NCBI GenBank assembly: GCA_030425295.1
Contig: JAUIAT010000010.1
Span: 2,124-66,123 of the forward strand
Direction: 5' to 3'
Length of the DNA: 64,000 nt
Source: Gammaproteobacteria bacterium
Lineage (GTDB): Bacteria > Pseudomonadota > Gammaproteobacteria > JAUIAT01
A model generated the notes under the pieces. It was not told the DNA's origin. It saw nothing but the letters and a program-made list of their open reading frames with translations, and did no database searches. The position numbers and the translations under genes were made by a program. Each line of letters opens with the position of its first letter. The first letter of the stretch is position 1. Positions 10,647 to 20,890 of this stretch are shown piece after piece.

Positions 10647-10805
10647 TAGTGTATGTTGATAATTGGTTTTACAGCTGCAAATTTCTATAATTTGTGAAAA
10701 TTTATCCTTTAATTCGTTAAATAGAGAGATTATTCGCCTAATTAAAAAATTCTCTCTCTACTCTAGATAGTTTCGCTTTGCAACATAAATTGCCAACAGA
10801 TCCTA
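10647..10805. mobile_element. MITE family A (~160 bp; termini TAGGGTCTGTTGAC-like)
   Basis: Ends tagtgtatgttgataatt and aattgccaacagatccta; interior matches 12954-13118, 25017-25089 and the reverse complement of 45640-45775. Confidence 0.7.
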
Positions 10806-12128
10806 ATTTTTTTGCGATCTATAAATTTTCTCACCCCATTCGATAGCTTTGGTTTTTATCTTATCTTCATTTAAAGTTGTAAGCTTGCCATCCTTTAGAA
10901 GCTGCTTCCCATTTACCCATACATCAGTTGTTTGCATACTATTAACGGCATAGGCAATCTGAGAAATAGGGTTGTGTATCGGTAGGGTTGCTGGGTGGTA
11001 CATGTCAAAAGCAATTAAATCAGCAGCTTTTCCTTTTACAATTGAGCCTATCTCTTTATCCAGACCCATAAGTTTGGCGCCATTAATTGTAAGCATTTCT
11101 AATGCAGTCATGGCAGATACTGCTTTAATATTATTGCTTAAAACTTTTGCGGAAATAGCGCATGTGCGCATTTCTTCAATCATGTCTAGATTATTGTTAC
11201 TGCAAGCGCTATCTGTGCCAAAAGCAACATTAATGCCATTATCCAGCATCTTCTGTACAGGGCAGATGCCGCTGTTTAATTTGTAGTTTGAGTCTGGGCA
11301 GTGAATCACTTGAGTTCCAGTTTCTTTTAGTATCTTAATGTCTTCGTCATTTGTGCACGCCATATGCACTGCTTGAAAGGTTGGATTTAAAAGCCCCAGC
11401 TTTTTTAATCTTGCAAGAGGTCGCATGCCGTACTCTTTAATACCCATATCAATTTCATCTTGTGTTTCATGAACGTGCATATAAATAGGTATGTTTTTTT
11501 CTTCAGATAAAGCCTTAAGGCGTAGTAAAGTTTGGTCAGTGAGTGTGTATGGTGCGTGTGGAGCGTAAGTGAACGTTAGCAACGGCTCGTTTTTATATTT
11601 TTGATAAGCATTTTCACCTTTTTCAAGCAGGGTGTCGGCATCTAATTGCATTGGATTTTGATTATCCATAACCCACATACCAACACCTCCACGCATACCA
11701 GTTTTAACAGCAACTTTGGCAAATACATCTGGGTAAAAATAATGTTCATTAAAACAGGTGGTCCCACCTTTTATCATTTCGGCAAAGGCAAGTTCTGTGC
11801 CGTCGTTAATAAATTCTGGAGACATCCACTTTGTCTCAGCTGGCCAAATATAGTTATTTAGCCAATCCATAAGTGGCATATCATCTGCAAGAGACCTTAA
11901 GAGAACCATTGGGCTATGTGTGTGGCAATTTATAAGTCCAGGCATTAATACATGATGTGGAAGCTCAATTATGTCATTTGCACTATATTTATTAGTTTCC
12001 GATTGAGGGTAGATATCAATTATTTTCCCATCTTTAATTGCAATGCAAGTGTTTTCAAGGACTGTATTTCTTGGTTCAATTGGGATTATCCAGCGCGCGC
12101 TTATAATAGTATCTACTTGAATTGTCAT
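10803..12128 (-). CDS. TRZ/ATZ amidohydrolase (MTA/SAH deaminase-like)
   Basis: PGLINCHTH, APHAPY, HVHET, AVHM and GTDS..SNN motifs. Confidence 0.88.
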   Translation of the reverse strand: MTIQVDTIISARWIIPIEPRNTVLENTCIAIKDGKIIDIYPQSETNKYSANDIIELPHHVLMPGLINCHTHSPMVLLRSLADDMPLMDWLNNYIWPAETKWMSPEFINDGTELAFAEMIKGGTTCFNEHYFYPDVFAKVAVKTGMRGGVGMWVMDNQNPMQLDADTLLEKGENAYQKYKNEPLLTFTYAPHAPYTLTDQTLLRLKALSEEKNIPIYMHVHETQDEIDMGIKEYGMRPLARLKKLGLLNPTFQAVHMACTNDEDIKILKETGTQVIHCPDSNYKLNSGICPVQKMLDNGINVAFGTDSACSNNNLDMIEEMRTCAISAKVLSNNIKAVSAMTALEMLTINGAKLMGLDKEIGSIVKGKAADLIAFDMYHPATLPIHNPISQIAYAVNSMQTTDVWVNGKQLLKDGKLTTLNEDKIKTKAIEWGEKIYRSQKN

Positions 12129-12210
12129 TATATTTGCCTTTGAAGGTTCTATTAAAAGGAAGATTCTATGCTATAATCCTTCTCATTTAAAGTGTTGTGT
12201 TGATCAATAT

Positions 12211-12912
12211 ATGTCAAATTCATTGCAAAGCTCAATATGGGTGGTGATCCCAGCAGCTGGTGTTGGCTCTCGCATGGGGGCGGAAATACCAAAGCAATAT
12301 TTAGAAATAAATGGTGAGGCTATTATCGAGCATAGCATTAAACCGTTTCTTGCAATGCCTGCAATTGAAGGAATTGTAGTTGCTTTAGGTGAGAATGATG
12401 GTTTTTGGACTGACTTGAAACTTTCAAAAAGTTCAAAAATTAAAACAGTTGTTGGGGGCAAAACTCGTGCTCATTCTGTTTTAAATGCATTAGCCTATTT
12501 AAATGATACAGCAAGTGTTGATTGGGTATTAGTGCATGATTCCGTTAGACCACTGGTAGAAACCGAAGATATAGTTAATTTGATTGATCTTGTAACCACA
12601 AAAAATTCTGGAGGGATTCTTGCTGCTCCAATGACAGATACAGTAAAAAGCTCAAATTGTGGCACTCAAATTAATAAATCAGTTCCTCGAGCTAAATTAT
12701 GGCGTGCATTAACTCCTCAGATGTTTAAATCATTAGAATTAAGCCAAGCTCTTGAGCAAGCGCTTTCTGGTGGTGTTGAAATTACAGATGAGGCGAGCGC
12801 TATAGAGCATGCTGGTGGTCATCCTCTTATTGTTCAAGGCAGGTCAGATAATCTCAAAGTTACATATGAGGATGATTTTAAGATTGCTGAATTTTTTCTT
12901 AAGGCTCGATAA
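12211..12912 (+). CDS. ispD: 2-C-methyl-D-erythritol 4-phosphate cytidylyltransferase
   Basis: PAAGVGSRM..PKQYL, VLVHD..RP, TPQMF, TDEASA and NLKVT motifs. Confidence 0.93.
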   Translation: MSNSLQSSIWVVIPAAGVGSRMGAEIPKQYLEINGEAIIEHSIKPFLAMPAIEGIVVALGENDGFWTDLKLSKSSKIKTVVGGKTRAHSVLNALAYLNDTASVDWVLVHDSVRPLVETEDIVNLIDLVTTKNSGGILAAPMTDTVKSSNCGTQINKSVPRAKLWRALTPQMFKSLELSQALEQALSGGVEITDEASAIEHAGGHPLIVQGRSDNLKVTYEDDFKIAEFFLKAR

Positions 12913-12953
12913 TAATTGGTTTTGCATATGTAAATTCATTATAAATTTAGCGT

Positions 12954-13118
12954 TAGGGTCTATTGATAACAGGTCTTACGGCTTTAAATGCTCCCCGAAT
13001 TTAAGTAAATTTGATCTTTAATTTGTTAAATAGAAATCCTCACCGTATCAAAGAGCAAATCTTTATCACATATTCTTGTGTCGTTTTGCCTTGCAACACC
13101 AATCGTCAACAGACCCTA
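12954..13118. mobile_element. MITE family A copy
   Basis: Inverted termini tagggtctattgat and gtcaacagacccta; conserved interior ctttaatttgttaaatag. Confidence 0.72.
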
Positions 13119-13153
13119 TATCTGGATTAAAAAATTTTGAGTAATGTTTTAGA

Positions 13154-13648
13154 TTAGTTTTTCGTGTAAATTCTATTTTTATGAATGCTAGTAAAATCAG
13201 GGTGGTAAGTAATATTTTGAAGGTAACTCAAGTTACTGTTAACTGCTGCACCGTTATTGCATGTTATTTTATTTCCTTTTTTAGCGAAATAGAGAACCAA
13301 ATTGTTTTCTGTTTTCCAGTAGTCTAGAGTGCATCTATCACTAAAGGTGGTTATTGTTTTGTTTAAAACTGCTTTTGAAACTATTATTAATATTTCCTCA
13401 TGGTTCTCATTATCTTTAAATTGTTTTATTTTAGTATCAATTGGTGGTATAGAAATGTTTGTTTCATTATTGCATTCTGTGTCTGTGCATATTTTATATG
13501 TAAGTATTAGGTGTGAGAGAGGGTCAAAGTTTGTAAAAAATATATTTTTTGTTTGGGCAATGGTGCTGGTATAAGTAAAACAACTTAAAGTAGTAAATAT
13601 AATACTTGTTAACATTTTTTTGGTATTTCTCAATTTATAACCCTCCAT
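13154..13648 (-). CDS. Hypothetical secreted protein (4 conserved Cys), paralog of neighbour
   Basis: Signal-peptide-like N-terminus; shares N.D....L...Y..C and terminal KI.C with 13630-14058. Confidence 0.65.
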   Translation of the reverse strand: MEGYKLRNTKKMLTSIIFTTLSCFTYTSTIAQTKNIFFTNFDPLSHLILTYKICTDTECNNETNISIPPIDTKIKQFKDNENHEEILIIVSKAVLNKTITTFSDRCTLDYWKTENNLVLYFAKKGNKITCNNGAAVNSNLSYLQNITYHPDFTSIHKNRIYTKN

Positions 13649-14058
13649 TTAGTTGTGCATAATATTTTGCTTGTTCCAGGTAATTTTTGTAAAAAAACTT
13701 CAACTATGGTAGGTGGAAATCCAGGCATAAAAGATACTCTGCAGGTGTTAGCGTATTTGCTAGTACTAGCTGCCATTGAAGCTTTTAGAATATTGACTCC
13801 TGTGCCCATGCGGGATTTTGTTTTCTTGGTATATTTGTCTTTCGGTTTGATTTTGTGCGACTTTACTGTGGAGCATATAAGATCATTAAGTGTTGCTTTA
13901 CAGGTTTGATAGTAGATTTTCAAAGGGGCTATATTATCTAAGTTGTACACTATTGTCGTGGTATTGTGTGCAAATGATAATGTAGAAAAGATAAGAGCGC
14001 TGCTAAAAAATAGCAATCCTATAACTTTAATCGACTCTGTGGTCATTATGGCGTCCAT
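13630..14058 (-). CDS. Hypothetical secreted protein (4 conserved Cys)
   Basis: Hydrophobic signal ending LSFA; motif shared with the downstream paralog. Confidence 0.65.
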   Translation of the reverse strand: MDAIMTTESIKVIGLLFFSSALIFSTLSFAHNTTTIVYNLDNIAPLKIYYQTCKATLNDLICSTVKSHKIKPKDKYTKKTKSRMGTGVNILKASMAASTSKYANTCRVSFMPGFPPTIVEVFLQKLPGTSKILCTTKWRVIN

Positions 14059-14584
14059 ATACTATAAAAAATATCAATTGTTATAATGAATTAATCGGGT
14101 TGTTTGCTCAATACCGTATAAATTTATGTGAAAGAGGGGTTGGTGGTTTGTCTTGAGCCTGGGGTTGTTAATACACCCAGTATGTGTATAAAAATTTGTA
14201 AATAATGGTAAATCCATTTATTAAATACTGGTATGATTTTTGAGTTTTCTCTGTATAGTACGAAAGTCATAGTATGCATTATGCAGTTGGCGGGACTTCA
14301 TGTTTTTTTAGCAGTCTCACACGCGGTTTAATTCTCGAAATTTCCTATTATGAAATCCTGCTATTTCTATCCTGTATTGATTTCTGTGGGCTGCAATGAA
14401 GAGTGTTTCATCTGGTTCAGTAATAAAAAGAGCCGACAGCTTTCTAAGTGCCACAAAATTATAAAAACTTAAAACTGGTAAGGTATAAGATTTAGCTCTA
14501 TAAAAGTTATAGTTCGGTCTTATAAGGATCTAGTGTCTATTTTGGTTGTACTTAATCTTTGTGATTCAAATATGATCATTAATC

Positions 14585-15144
14585 TAAGTCATTGATTTGT
14601 TCAGTCATTTGTAGTTAATTCAAAACTTTTTCACAATATTATCCACAGGTATTGTGGATATAGCTTTGTGTAAGTGTAATAAAAAATAATTTTGCTGGGT
14701 GATTTGCTGTCATCCTCGCCTAGCTTGGGATACGAGATGCATGATTAAAAATAGATCAATAATCTAATTGTTTGATAGATCGAAGGAAACATAACTTATA
14801 ATAAAGTTTTTCACAGAGTTATCCACAGTCTTTGTGGATTACTTTCCAAGTCAAATTACCCAGAATTGTTGTATAAAATTTACCACGATAACTAACTTGT
14901 TGATAAAATAGGGTTTGGAGGTCTTGTTAGAGAGTTTTTCACAAACTTATCCACAGTCTTTGTGGATTATTTTTTTTGATTAATGCATGAAGCTAATGAA
15001 GTCAAGAAAATTATTTAAAAATTATTAACTTATTGATATTAAAGGGTTTATTATTTTTGCCTTTTTTGCTATTGACTTTTGTAACTTGTTGATTTGTAGG
15101 TGGTTGCATAGATTTCCACAAAAAAACTAACAGAGTTATCCACA
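14585..15144. promoter_or_regulatory. Array of four IHF-site + DnaA-box units (DARS/datA/oriC-like replication control locus)
   Basis: TTATCCACA at 14639, 14819, 14947 and 15136; TTTTTCACA at 14627, 14807 and 14935; inverted TGTGGAT(AT/TA) at 14653, 14833 and 14961; YAAnnnnTTGATW at 14585, 14765, 14893, 15026 and 15082. Confidence 0.85.
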
Positions 15145-15145
15145 G

Positions 15146-16168
15146 TTAACTGTTGGCTATTAAGTTGTGGATTGTGTTGACAAATTTTACATCTTCATTT
15201 AGGCAGGGGATTAGGGTTAGTGAATTGCCTCCTAGTTCAGCCCATTGCTGTTTTGCGCGTATCCCGATTTCTTCGAGTGTTTCTAGGCAGTCTGATACAA
15301 ATGAAGGGCATATAACTGTCAGATCTTTGATTCCTTTGGTAGCTAAATCTTTAAGCGTTTCTTCGGTATATGGATGAATCCAGGGGGTCTTTCCAATTCT
15401 TGATTGGAAACATACGGTATATTGATTTCTTTTGAGGCTTAGCTTTTTTGCGACCATTCTTGTTGTTTCATAGCATTGCGCTCTGTAGCAAAATTTTCTC
15501 TTACCTACAGGAGCTGGGCACTCTTCATGCCTTGAGCAAATTTTTTCGCCATCACTTTTAGTTATTTGTCTTTCAGGAAGTCCGTGATAGCTAAATAAAT
15601 AGTGATTTTTAGTAGTTGATCTATGCTTTGTTATACTTTCTGCAAGTGCTTCGATATAGTCTGGGTTTTGATAAAATTCTTGGTGAATTATGATTTTAGG
15701 AACATTGTGTGAACTGGCAAGCTCTCTTAATGTTTCAGCAATGGCGGACCCTGTGGCGGCTGAACTGTATTGTGGAAATAAAGGAAGTATATGTATTGTT
15801 TCACAATGAGCTGCTACTAATTTTTTAACTGCCAAATTAATAGTTGGTTTGCCATACCTCATTCCAAATTCAACTATGTAGCTTGATCCTAGTTTGGCGC
15901 TAACTTCATTTTGTAAACGCTTTGTGTGAACTAATAAAGGGGATCCTTCTTCCGTCCAAATTTCTTGATAGGCTTTTTTCGTAGAAAATGAACGGAATGG
16001 AACAATTAGTAAATTAACAAGTATCCACCGTAAAAAGCCTGGTATGTCAATTACTCTAGGGTCATTTAAGAAGTCGCGTAAATATCTGCGAACTGCCTTA
16101 GTTGTTGGTGCGTCAGGCGTTCCCAAATTAATTAATATTACACCCTGTTTATTTGTAATTTTATTCAT
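15146..16168 (-). CDS. hemH: Ferrochelatase
   Basis: LINLGTP, GMRYG.P, LFPQYS, FSYHGLP, FQSR and SDCLETLEEI motifs. Confidence 0.96.
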   Translation of the reverse strand: MNKITNKQGVILINLGTPDAPTTKAVRRYLRDFLNDPRVIDIPGFLRWILVNLLIVPFRSFSTKKAYQEIWTEEGSPLLVHTKRLQNEVSAKLGSSYIVEFGMRYGKPTINLAVKKLVAAHCETIHILPLFPQYSSAATGSAIAETLRELASSHNVPKIIIHQEFYQNPDYIEALAESITKHRSTTKNHYLFSYHGLPERQITKSDGEKICSRHEECPAPVGKRKFCYRAQCYETTRMVAKKLSLKRNQYTVCFQSRIGKTPWIHPYTEETLKDLATKGIKDLTVICPSFVSDCLETLEEIGIRAKQQWAELGGNSLTLIPCLNEDVKFVNTIHNLIANS

Positions 16169-16264
16169 GATGATAGCCTACCATACATTTTATATTTATG
16201 TTAAATTTTATGAGTTGTTGGCAATTCTTATTACAGCACCTACTTACACATTCTCCACCCAATA

Positions 16265-17245
16265 ATGAGGAAAAAAATGGTAATTGATAATATTCTCCAG
16301 GGAATTGGTAAAACCCCTCTAGTTAGATTTAATAAGGTAACTGATCATCTTAAATGCCAGATTTTTGGCAAATGTGAGTTTTTAAATCCTGGTGGCTCTG
16401 TTAAAGATCGTATTGGTTATTGGATGGTCGAGCGTGCCGAAAAAGAAGGGAGAATTAAGCCTGGTGATACATTAATTGAACCAACCTCAGGTAATACAGG
16501 GATCGGTTTGGCTCTAGCTGGAGCAGTTAAAGGTTATAACGTCATCATTACAATGCCAGAAAAAATGAGCCAAGAAAAACAGGCTGTACTTGAAGCTCTT
16601 GGTGCTACAATTTATCGCACACCAACTGAAGTGGCATATGATCACCCTGATAGCCACATTTCAGTTGCGATTGACCTGGAAAATAAATTACCTAATGCTC
16701 ATATTCTTGATCAGTATTCAAATCCTAACAACCCTCATGCTCATTATGAAATTACAGCTGAAGAATTATTGGATGATATGGGGACTGACATCAAGATGGT
16801 TGTGATGGGAGTTGGCACCGGAGGTACGGTGAGTGGTGTCGCCAAAAAATTAAAAGAGAAAATTCCTGATGTAATTATTGTTGGTGTTGATCCTGTTGGG
16901 TCTATTCTCGGTGGGGGAGAGTGTCACCCTTATCAGGTTGAAGGTATAGGTTATGATTTTATCCCAGAAGTCTTAGATAACAACCTAATAGATCGCTATG
17001 TTAAAGTAAAAGATGAAGATAGTTTTAATGCTGCACGTCGTTTAATACGTGAGGAAGGCTTACTTGTTGGCGGATCTTCAGGAACTGCATTACATGCAGC
17101 TTGGGAAGCAGCTAGAGACTTAGGCCCAGAGGATAAATGTATTGTCTTTTTACCTGATAATATTCGCAACTATTTAACTAAATTTGTTAATGATGAGTGG
17201 ATGAAAGAAAGAGGTTGGTTGCGTGAAGAAGCAGTTACTTGCTAG
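16265..17245 (+). CDS. PLP-dependent cystathionine beta-synthase / cysteine synthase family protein
   Basis: KCEFLNPGGSVKDRI, EPTSGNTG, GTGGT and YQVEGIG motifs; no C-terminal CBS pair. Confidence 0.9.
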   Translation: MRKKMVIDNILQGIGKTPLVRFNKVTDHLKCQIFGKCEFLNPGGSVKDRIGYWMVERAEKEGRIKPGDTLIEPTSGNTGIGLALAGAVKGYNVIITMPEKMSQEKQAVLEALGATIYRTPTEVAYDHPDSHISVAIDLENKLPNAHILDQYSNPNNPHAHYEITAEELLDDMGTDIKMVVMGVGTGGTVSGVAKKLKEKIPDVIIVGVDPVGSILGGGECHPYQVEGIGYDFIPEVLDNNLIDRYVKVKDEDSFNAARRLIREEGLLVGGSSGTALHAAWEAARDLGPEDKCIVFLPDNIRNYLTKFVNDEWMKERGWLREEAVTC

Positions 17246-17876
17246 AAAATATACTTTTTTTGATCTGTTTTTGGGTAATATTGATCGCGCCTTAAAAACT
17301 ATTACAGTTAAAAATCTTGGATATCGCTCTAATCCTAGTGGCGATACCCAAGATGGCTTTATGTCGCAAAAAGATAAAAAGCATAGTGCTGGGCTCATGC
17401 GTGTCAATCATAGTGGTGAAATTAGTGCGCAAGGACTATATCAAGGACAAGCTTTAACTGCTAGAGACCCTAAAGTTGCTAAGAAAATGCAGCAATCAGC
17501 TGATGAAGAGAATGATCACTTGGATTGGTGCTCCGAAAGGCTAGCTGATCTAGGCAGTCACACTAGCTATATGAATATCGCTTGGTATACAGGTTCTTTA
17601 TGTATTGGTTTAATTGCTGGTCTTGCTGGAGATAAATGGAGCTTAGGTTTTGTTGCTGAAACTGAGCGCCAGGTTGTTAGGCATATAGATAGGCATCTTG
17701 CCTCCCTCCCAGACGGAGATAATCGAAGTCGTAAAATTCTATACCAAATGCGGGAAGATGAGGGGCACCATGCAACAGTTGCAATTGAGCAAGGCGCTGC
17801 TGAGTTACCTGCATTAATTAAAACAGTGATGAAGACTGTTTCAAAGGTTATGACACAAGTTGCTTATTGGATTTAG
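17223..17876 (+). CDS. coq7: Demethoxyubiquinone hydroxylase Coq7
   Basis: MRVNHSGE, EE.DHL.WC, ETERQV..H and MREDE.HH di-iron motifs. Confidence 0.93.
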   Translation: MKKQLLARKYTFFDLFLGNIDRALKTITVKNLGYRSNPSGDTQDGFMSQKDKKHSAGLMRVNHSGEISAQGLYQGQALTARDPKVAKKMQQSADEENDHLDWCSERLADLGSHTSYMNIAWYTGSLCIGLIAGLAGDKWSLGFVAETERQVVRHIDRHLASLPDGDNRSRKILYQMREDEGHHATVAIEQGAAELPALIKTVMKTVSKVMTQVAYWI

Positions 17877-17905
17877 CTTGATGATATCATTCCATTGTCA
17901 AGCCA

Positions 17906-18025
17906 GCGTTGTTGCATAAATTGTTAGTTTTATTTATCTAATAGAAAATAGATTAATTATGTAAGATATTAATTGTTTGAAATTACAGGAATTTGTCATC
18001 CCGCGATCAAGTCGCGGGATGATAG
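17906..18025. mobile_element. MITE family B partial copy with internal REP palindrome
   Basis: Starts gcgttgttgcataaattgttagttt and matches the reverse complement of 45540-45638; palindrome tcatcccgcga-tcaag-tcgcgggatga at 17996-18022. Confidence 0.7.
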
Positions 18026-18091
18026 TGTTTTTATCTCTTTACTACTGTTAAAGCATATAAGTTGATTATTTAAAACTCGAAACGGGGTTTC

Positions 18092-18490
18092 TTAAAACTT
18101 ATTAGATATAGGCGGATGATGAATCATCTGCACAACTGTACCATCAGGGTCCTTGCAGTAAAAACTTCTTGCTCCATCTCGATGAGTTTTTGGCTGAGAA
18201 ATAATTTTTACGCCATTAGCCACAAAATGTTTATGCCACTCATCAACTTGTTTTGCATTTGGAAGAATAAAGCCAATATGATCTAAGCGAGGCTTTTGGG
18301 GTTCGTTGTGGGCTTCTTCGCGGCGGTGGAGGGCTAGGTTATCAGTACCACTTGTTAAATAAACGTTATCATCATCTGGGCGCCATTCAACTTCCATTTC
18401 AAGAAGATCACGATAAAATTTTTCACATTCATCAAATTCATAAACAAATAGGGCAACGTGGCGCATCCCGATAGTTGGTTGTCTGCTCAT
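18092..18490 (-). CDS. VOC / glyoxalase family protein
   Basis: RHVAL, FY.DLL, LDHIGF and SFYCKDPDG motifs. Confidence 0.9.
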   Translation of the reverse strand: MSRQPTIGMRHVALFVYEFDECEKFYRDLLEMEVEWRPDDDNVYLTSGTDNLALHRREEAHNEPQKPRLDHIGFILPNAKQVDEWHKHFVANGVKIISQPKTHRDGARSFYCKDPDGTVVQMIHHPPISNKF

Positions 18491-18563
18491 TAATTTTCCC
18501 TCGTTTTACAATGTAAACTTCATGCGTTAAGCTGATATCTTTATTTATCACTAAGTCGACTCA

Positions 18564-19304
18564 ATGATCGAGCTAATAAACGTCAGCAAGACCTACGATA
18601 ATGGTCTGAATTATAGTGTTAGAGATATTTCATTGCAACTTGCCGATGGGGAGACTTTCGTTCTTATTGGCTCATCTGGAAGTGGCAAAACTACTATTCT
18701 CAAAATGTTAAACCGTTTGATTTCACCTTCAGGTGGTGAAATTTATATTGATGGTAAAAATATACGTGAGTTAGACAAGGTAAAGCTTCGCCGCTCTATG
18801 GGGTATGTTTTTCAAGGAGTTGGATTATTTCCTAATATGAATATTAGTGAAAATATTTCATTAATCATGAAGTTAGGTGACGCTAAAAAAAAGCTTTGTC
18901 GTGATAAATCCGCTGAATTGCTTGAAACAGTCAATCTTGAACCAGGTAAATACCTAGATAGATTTCCATGTGAGCTATCAGGAGGTGAGCAGCAGCGCGT
19001 TGGAGTGGCTCGAGCTTTAGTTAATAATCCTAAATACTTATTAATGGATGAGCCATTTGGTGCTTTGGACGCAATTAATAGAGATGCACTACAAGAAGAG
19101 TTAATTAGGCTTCGAGACAGACTAAATACCACTATAGTTTTCGTCACCCATGATATTCTTGAGGCGAAAAAGCTGGGAGATCAAATTGCAGTCATGCATT
19201 CTGGAGAATTAATGCAAGTTGGTTCTTTCGATGAATTGTCTACCTGTCCAAGTAATAATTTTGTGAAAAGGTTGATTGAGTCAGCTCAGCAGAGTCAGCT
19301 ATGA
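18564..19304 (+). CDS. Osmoprotectant ABC transporter ATP-binding subunit (OpuBA/OsmV-like)
   Basis: [27 protein letters not shown] and VTHD motifs. Confidence 0.9.
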   Translation: MIELINVSKTYDNGLNYSVRDISLQLADGETFVLIGSSGSGKTTILKMLNRLISPSGGEIYIDGKNIRELDKVKLRRSMGYVFQGVGLFPNMNISENISLIMKLGDAKKKLCRDKSAELLETVNLEPGKYLDRFPCELSGGEQQRVGVARALVNNPKYLLMDEPFGALDAINRDALQEELIRLRDRLNTTIVFVTHDILEAKKLGDQIAVMHSGELMQVGSFDELSTCPSNNFVKRLIESAQQSQL

Positions 19305-20812
19305 ATGAATTGCTAATCAAAATTGGTGAGCAGATTTACCTGGTTATTATCTCTGTTTCTGTAGCAATACTTATCGGTATCCCTCTTGCTGTAGTTATAA
19401 CTCGCTGTAAGAAATTAGAGAAATTTACCTTAGGTTTTATAGGCGTTTTGCAAACAATACCAAGCTTGGCCATGCTTGCATTTTTTATACCATTATTTGG
19501 TATAGGTGTGGTTCCAGCTCTTATTGCTCTTAGTATCTATTCTTTGTTGCCAATTGTTAGGAACGCTTACATAGGGATCCTTAATGTGCCCAGTGACATG
19601 ATTGAAGCTGCAAATGGTATGGGGTTGACTAGTTGGCAAAGACTGCGTTTGGTTGAGATCCCACTAGCTATGCCAACAATTATTGCAGGTGTTAGAACTG
19701 CGGCTATCTTAAGTGTTGGGGTTGCTACTTTGGCGGCATTTGTGGGGGCAGGAGGGTTGGGAGACTTTATTAATAGAGGTCTTGCTGTAAATGATAACCA
19801 CCTTATTTTAATGGGTGCAATTCCTGCGGCTATTTTAGCGCTTAGTTTAGATGGTTTGATTGGTGCATTCGAAAAGTGGATTAAGCCTGGAGCTTCGAAG
19901 CAAGGCTCTAAAAAAAATAAGTTACTTATATTTGCGTCATCCTTTTTATTTGTAGTTGGTTTATTTGGTTGGTTTGTTATTTCTGAAGTTAAATATAATA
20001 GTGGCAAAGTTGTTGTTGTAGGTAGCAAGAACTTTTCAGAGCAATACTTACTTGCAGATATGATTGCAATTTTGATTAAGGAAAATACTGATTTAAAAGT
20101 TCAGAAAAAATTGAATTTAGGAGCCACAAGCCTGATTCATCAGGCTTTGGTGCGCGGCGATATAGATTTATATCCTGAGTATACCGGAACAGCTTATTCT
20201 GGAATTTTACATGCAAAACAGAAGAAAGGAGCTCGGCAAATTTACTATAGTGTTAAGAAATTTTACCAGAAAAAATATGATTTGCTTTGGTTAAAACCCC
20301 TTGGCTTTGAGAATAAAGCAGCACTCGCAGTAACAAGGAAAAGTGCCAACCAATATGGGCTAAGAAATATAAGTGATTTGCCGAAAGTTCCAAGGTTATC
20401 AATTGGTGCTCCAGCGGAATTTGTTGAGCGCCCTGATTCATATTTGTCTTTAGTGAATACTTATGGTTTAAAATTTGATGAAATTAACCAGATGGATCCG
20501 GGGCTTGCATATGAAGCACTAGCAAACAATAAGGTTAATGTGATTATGGCTTTTTCTACTGATGGTAGAGTAAAGAAGTTTAATTTGGTCTTACTTGATG
20601 ATAATAGAAATGGTTTTCCTGCTTATCAAGCGGCAATTGTAGTAAGAAACCAAACTTTGAAAAAATATCCTGAGCTTAATTCAGAGCTTAATAAATTATC
20701 TGGCAATATAAGTGATGAAGATATAATGGAGCTTAATTATGAGACTGATGTGTTGGGCAGATCTCATAAAGATGTTGCCAGAGAATTTCTACTTAAAAAG
20801 GGGCTGATTTAG
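19301..20812 (+). CDS. Glycine betaine/choline ABC permease fused to substrate-binding domain
   Basis: QTIPSLA, EAA.GMG and GAGGLG permease motifs, then GSKNFSEQ and YPEYTGT binding-protein motifs. Confidence 0.9.
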   Translation: MNELLIKIGEQIYLVIISVSVAILIGIPLAVVITRCKKLEKFTLGFIGVLQTIPSLAMLAFFIPLFGIGVVPALIALSIYSLLPIVRNAYIGILNVPSDMIEAANGMGLTSWQRLRLVEIPLAMPTIIAGVRTAAILSVGVATLAAFVGAGGLGDFINRGLAVNDNHLILMGAIPAAILALSLDGLIGAFEKWIKPGASKQGSKKNKLLIFASSFLFVVGLFGWFVISEVKYNSGKVVVVGSKNFSEQYLLADMIAILIKENTDLKVQKKLNLGATSLIHQALVRGDIDLYPEYTGTAYSGILHAKQKKGARQIYYSVKKFYQKKYDLLWLKPLGFENKAALAVTRKSANQYGLRNISDLPKVPRLSIGAPAEFVERPDSYLSLVNTYGLKFDEINQMDPGLAYEALANNKVNVIMAFSTDGRVKKFNLVLLDDNRNGFPAYQAAIVVRNQTLKKYPELNSELNKLSGNISDEDIMELNYETDVLGRSHKDVAREFLLKKGLI

Positions 20813-20890
20813 CGCCTAACTTGAATGTATTGTTAAAAGTTTGTTATCTTTGTTAGCCATATCTTTAATTTTTGAGGGATTTTTAAACAC

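Noticed and set aside
14060-15145. Confident oriC call
   Set aside because: No dnaA/dnaN/gidA neighbours and hand counts show no skew inversion; left as an unresolved DnaA/IHF locus.
16179-16206. dif site (perfect XerD arm TTATGTTAAAT); similar arm near 28008-28018
   Set aside because: No XerC-like arm at the 6-bp spacing; AT-rich promoter context makes chance matches likely.
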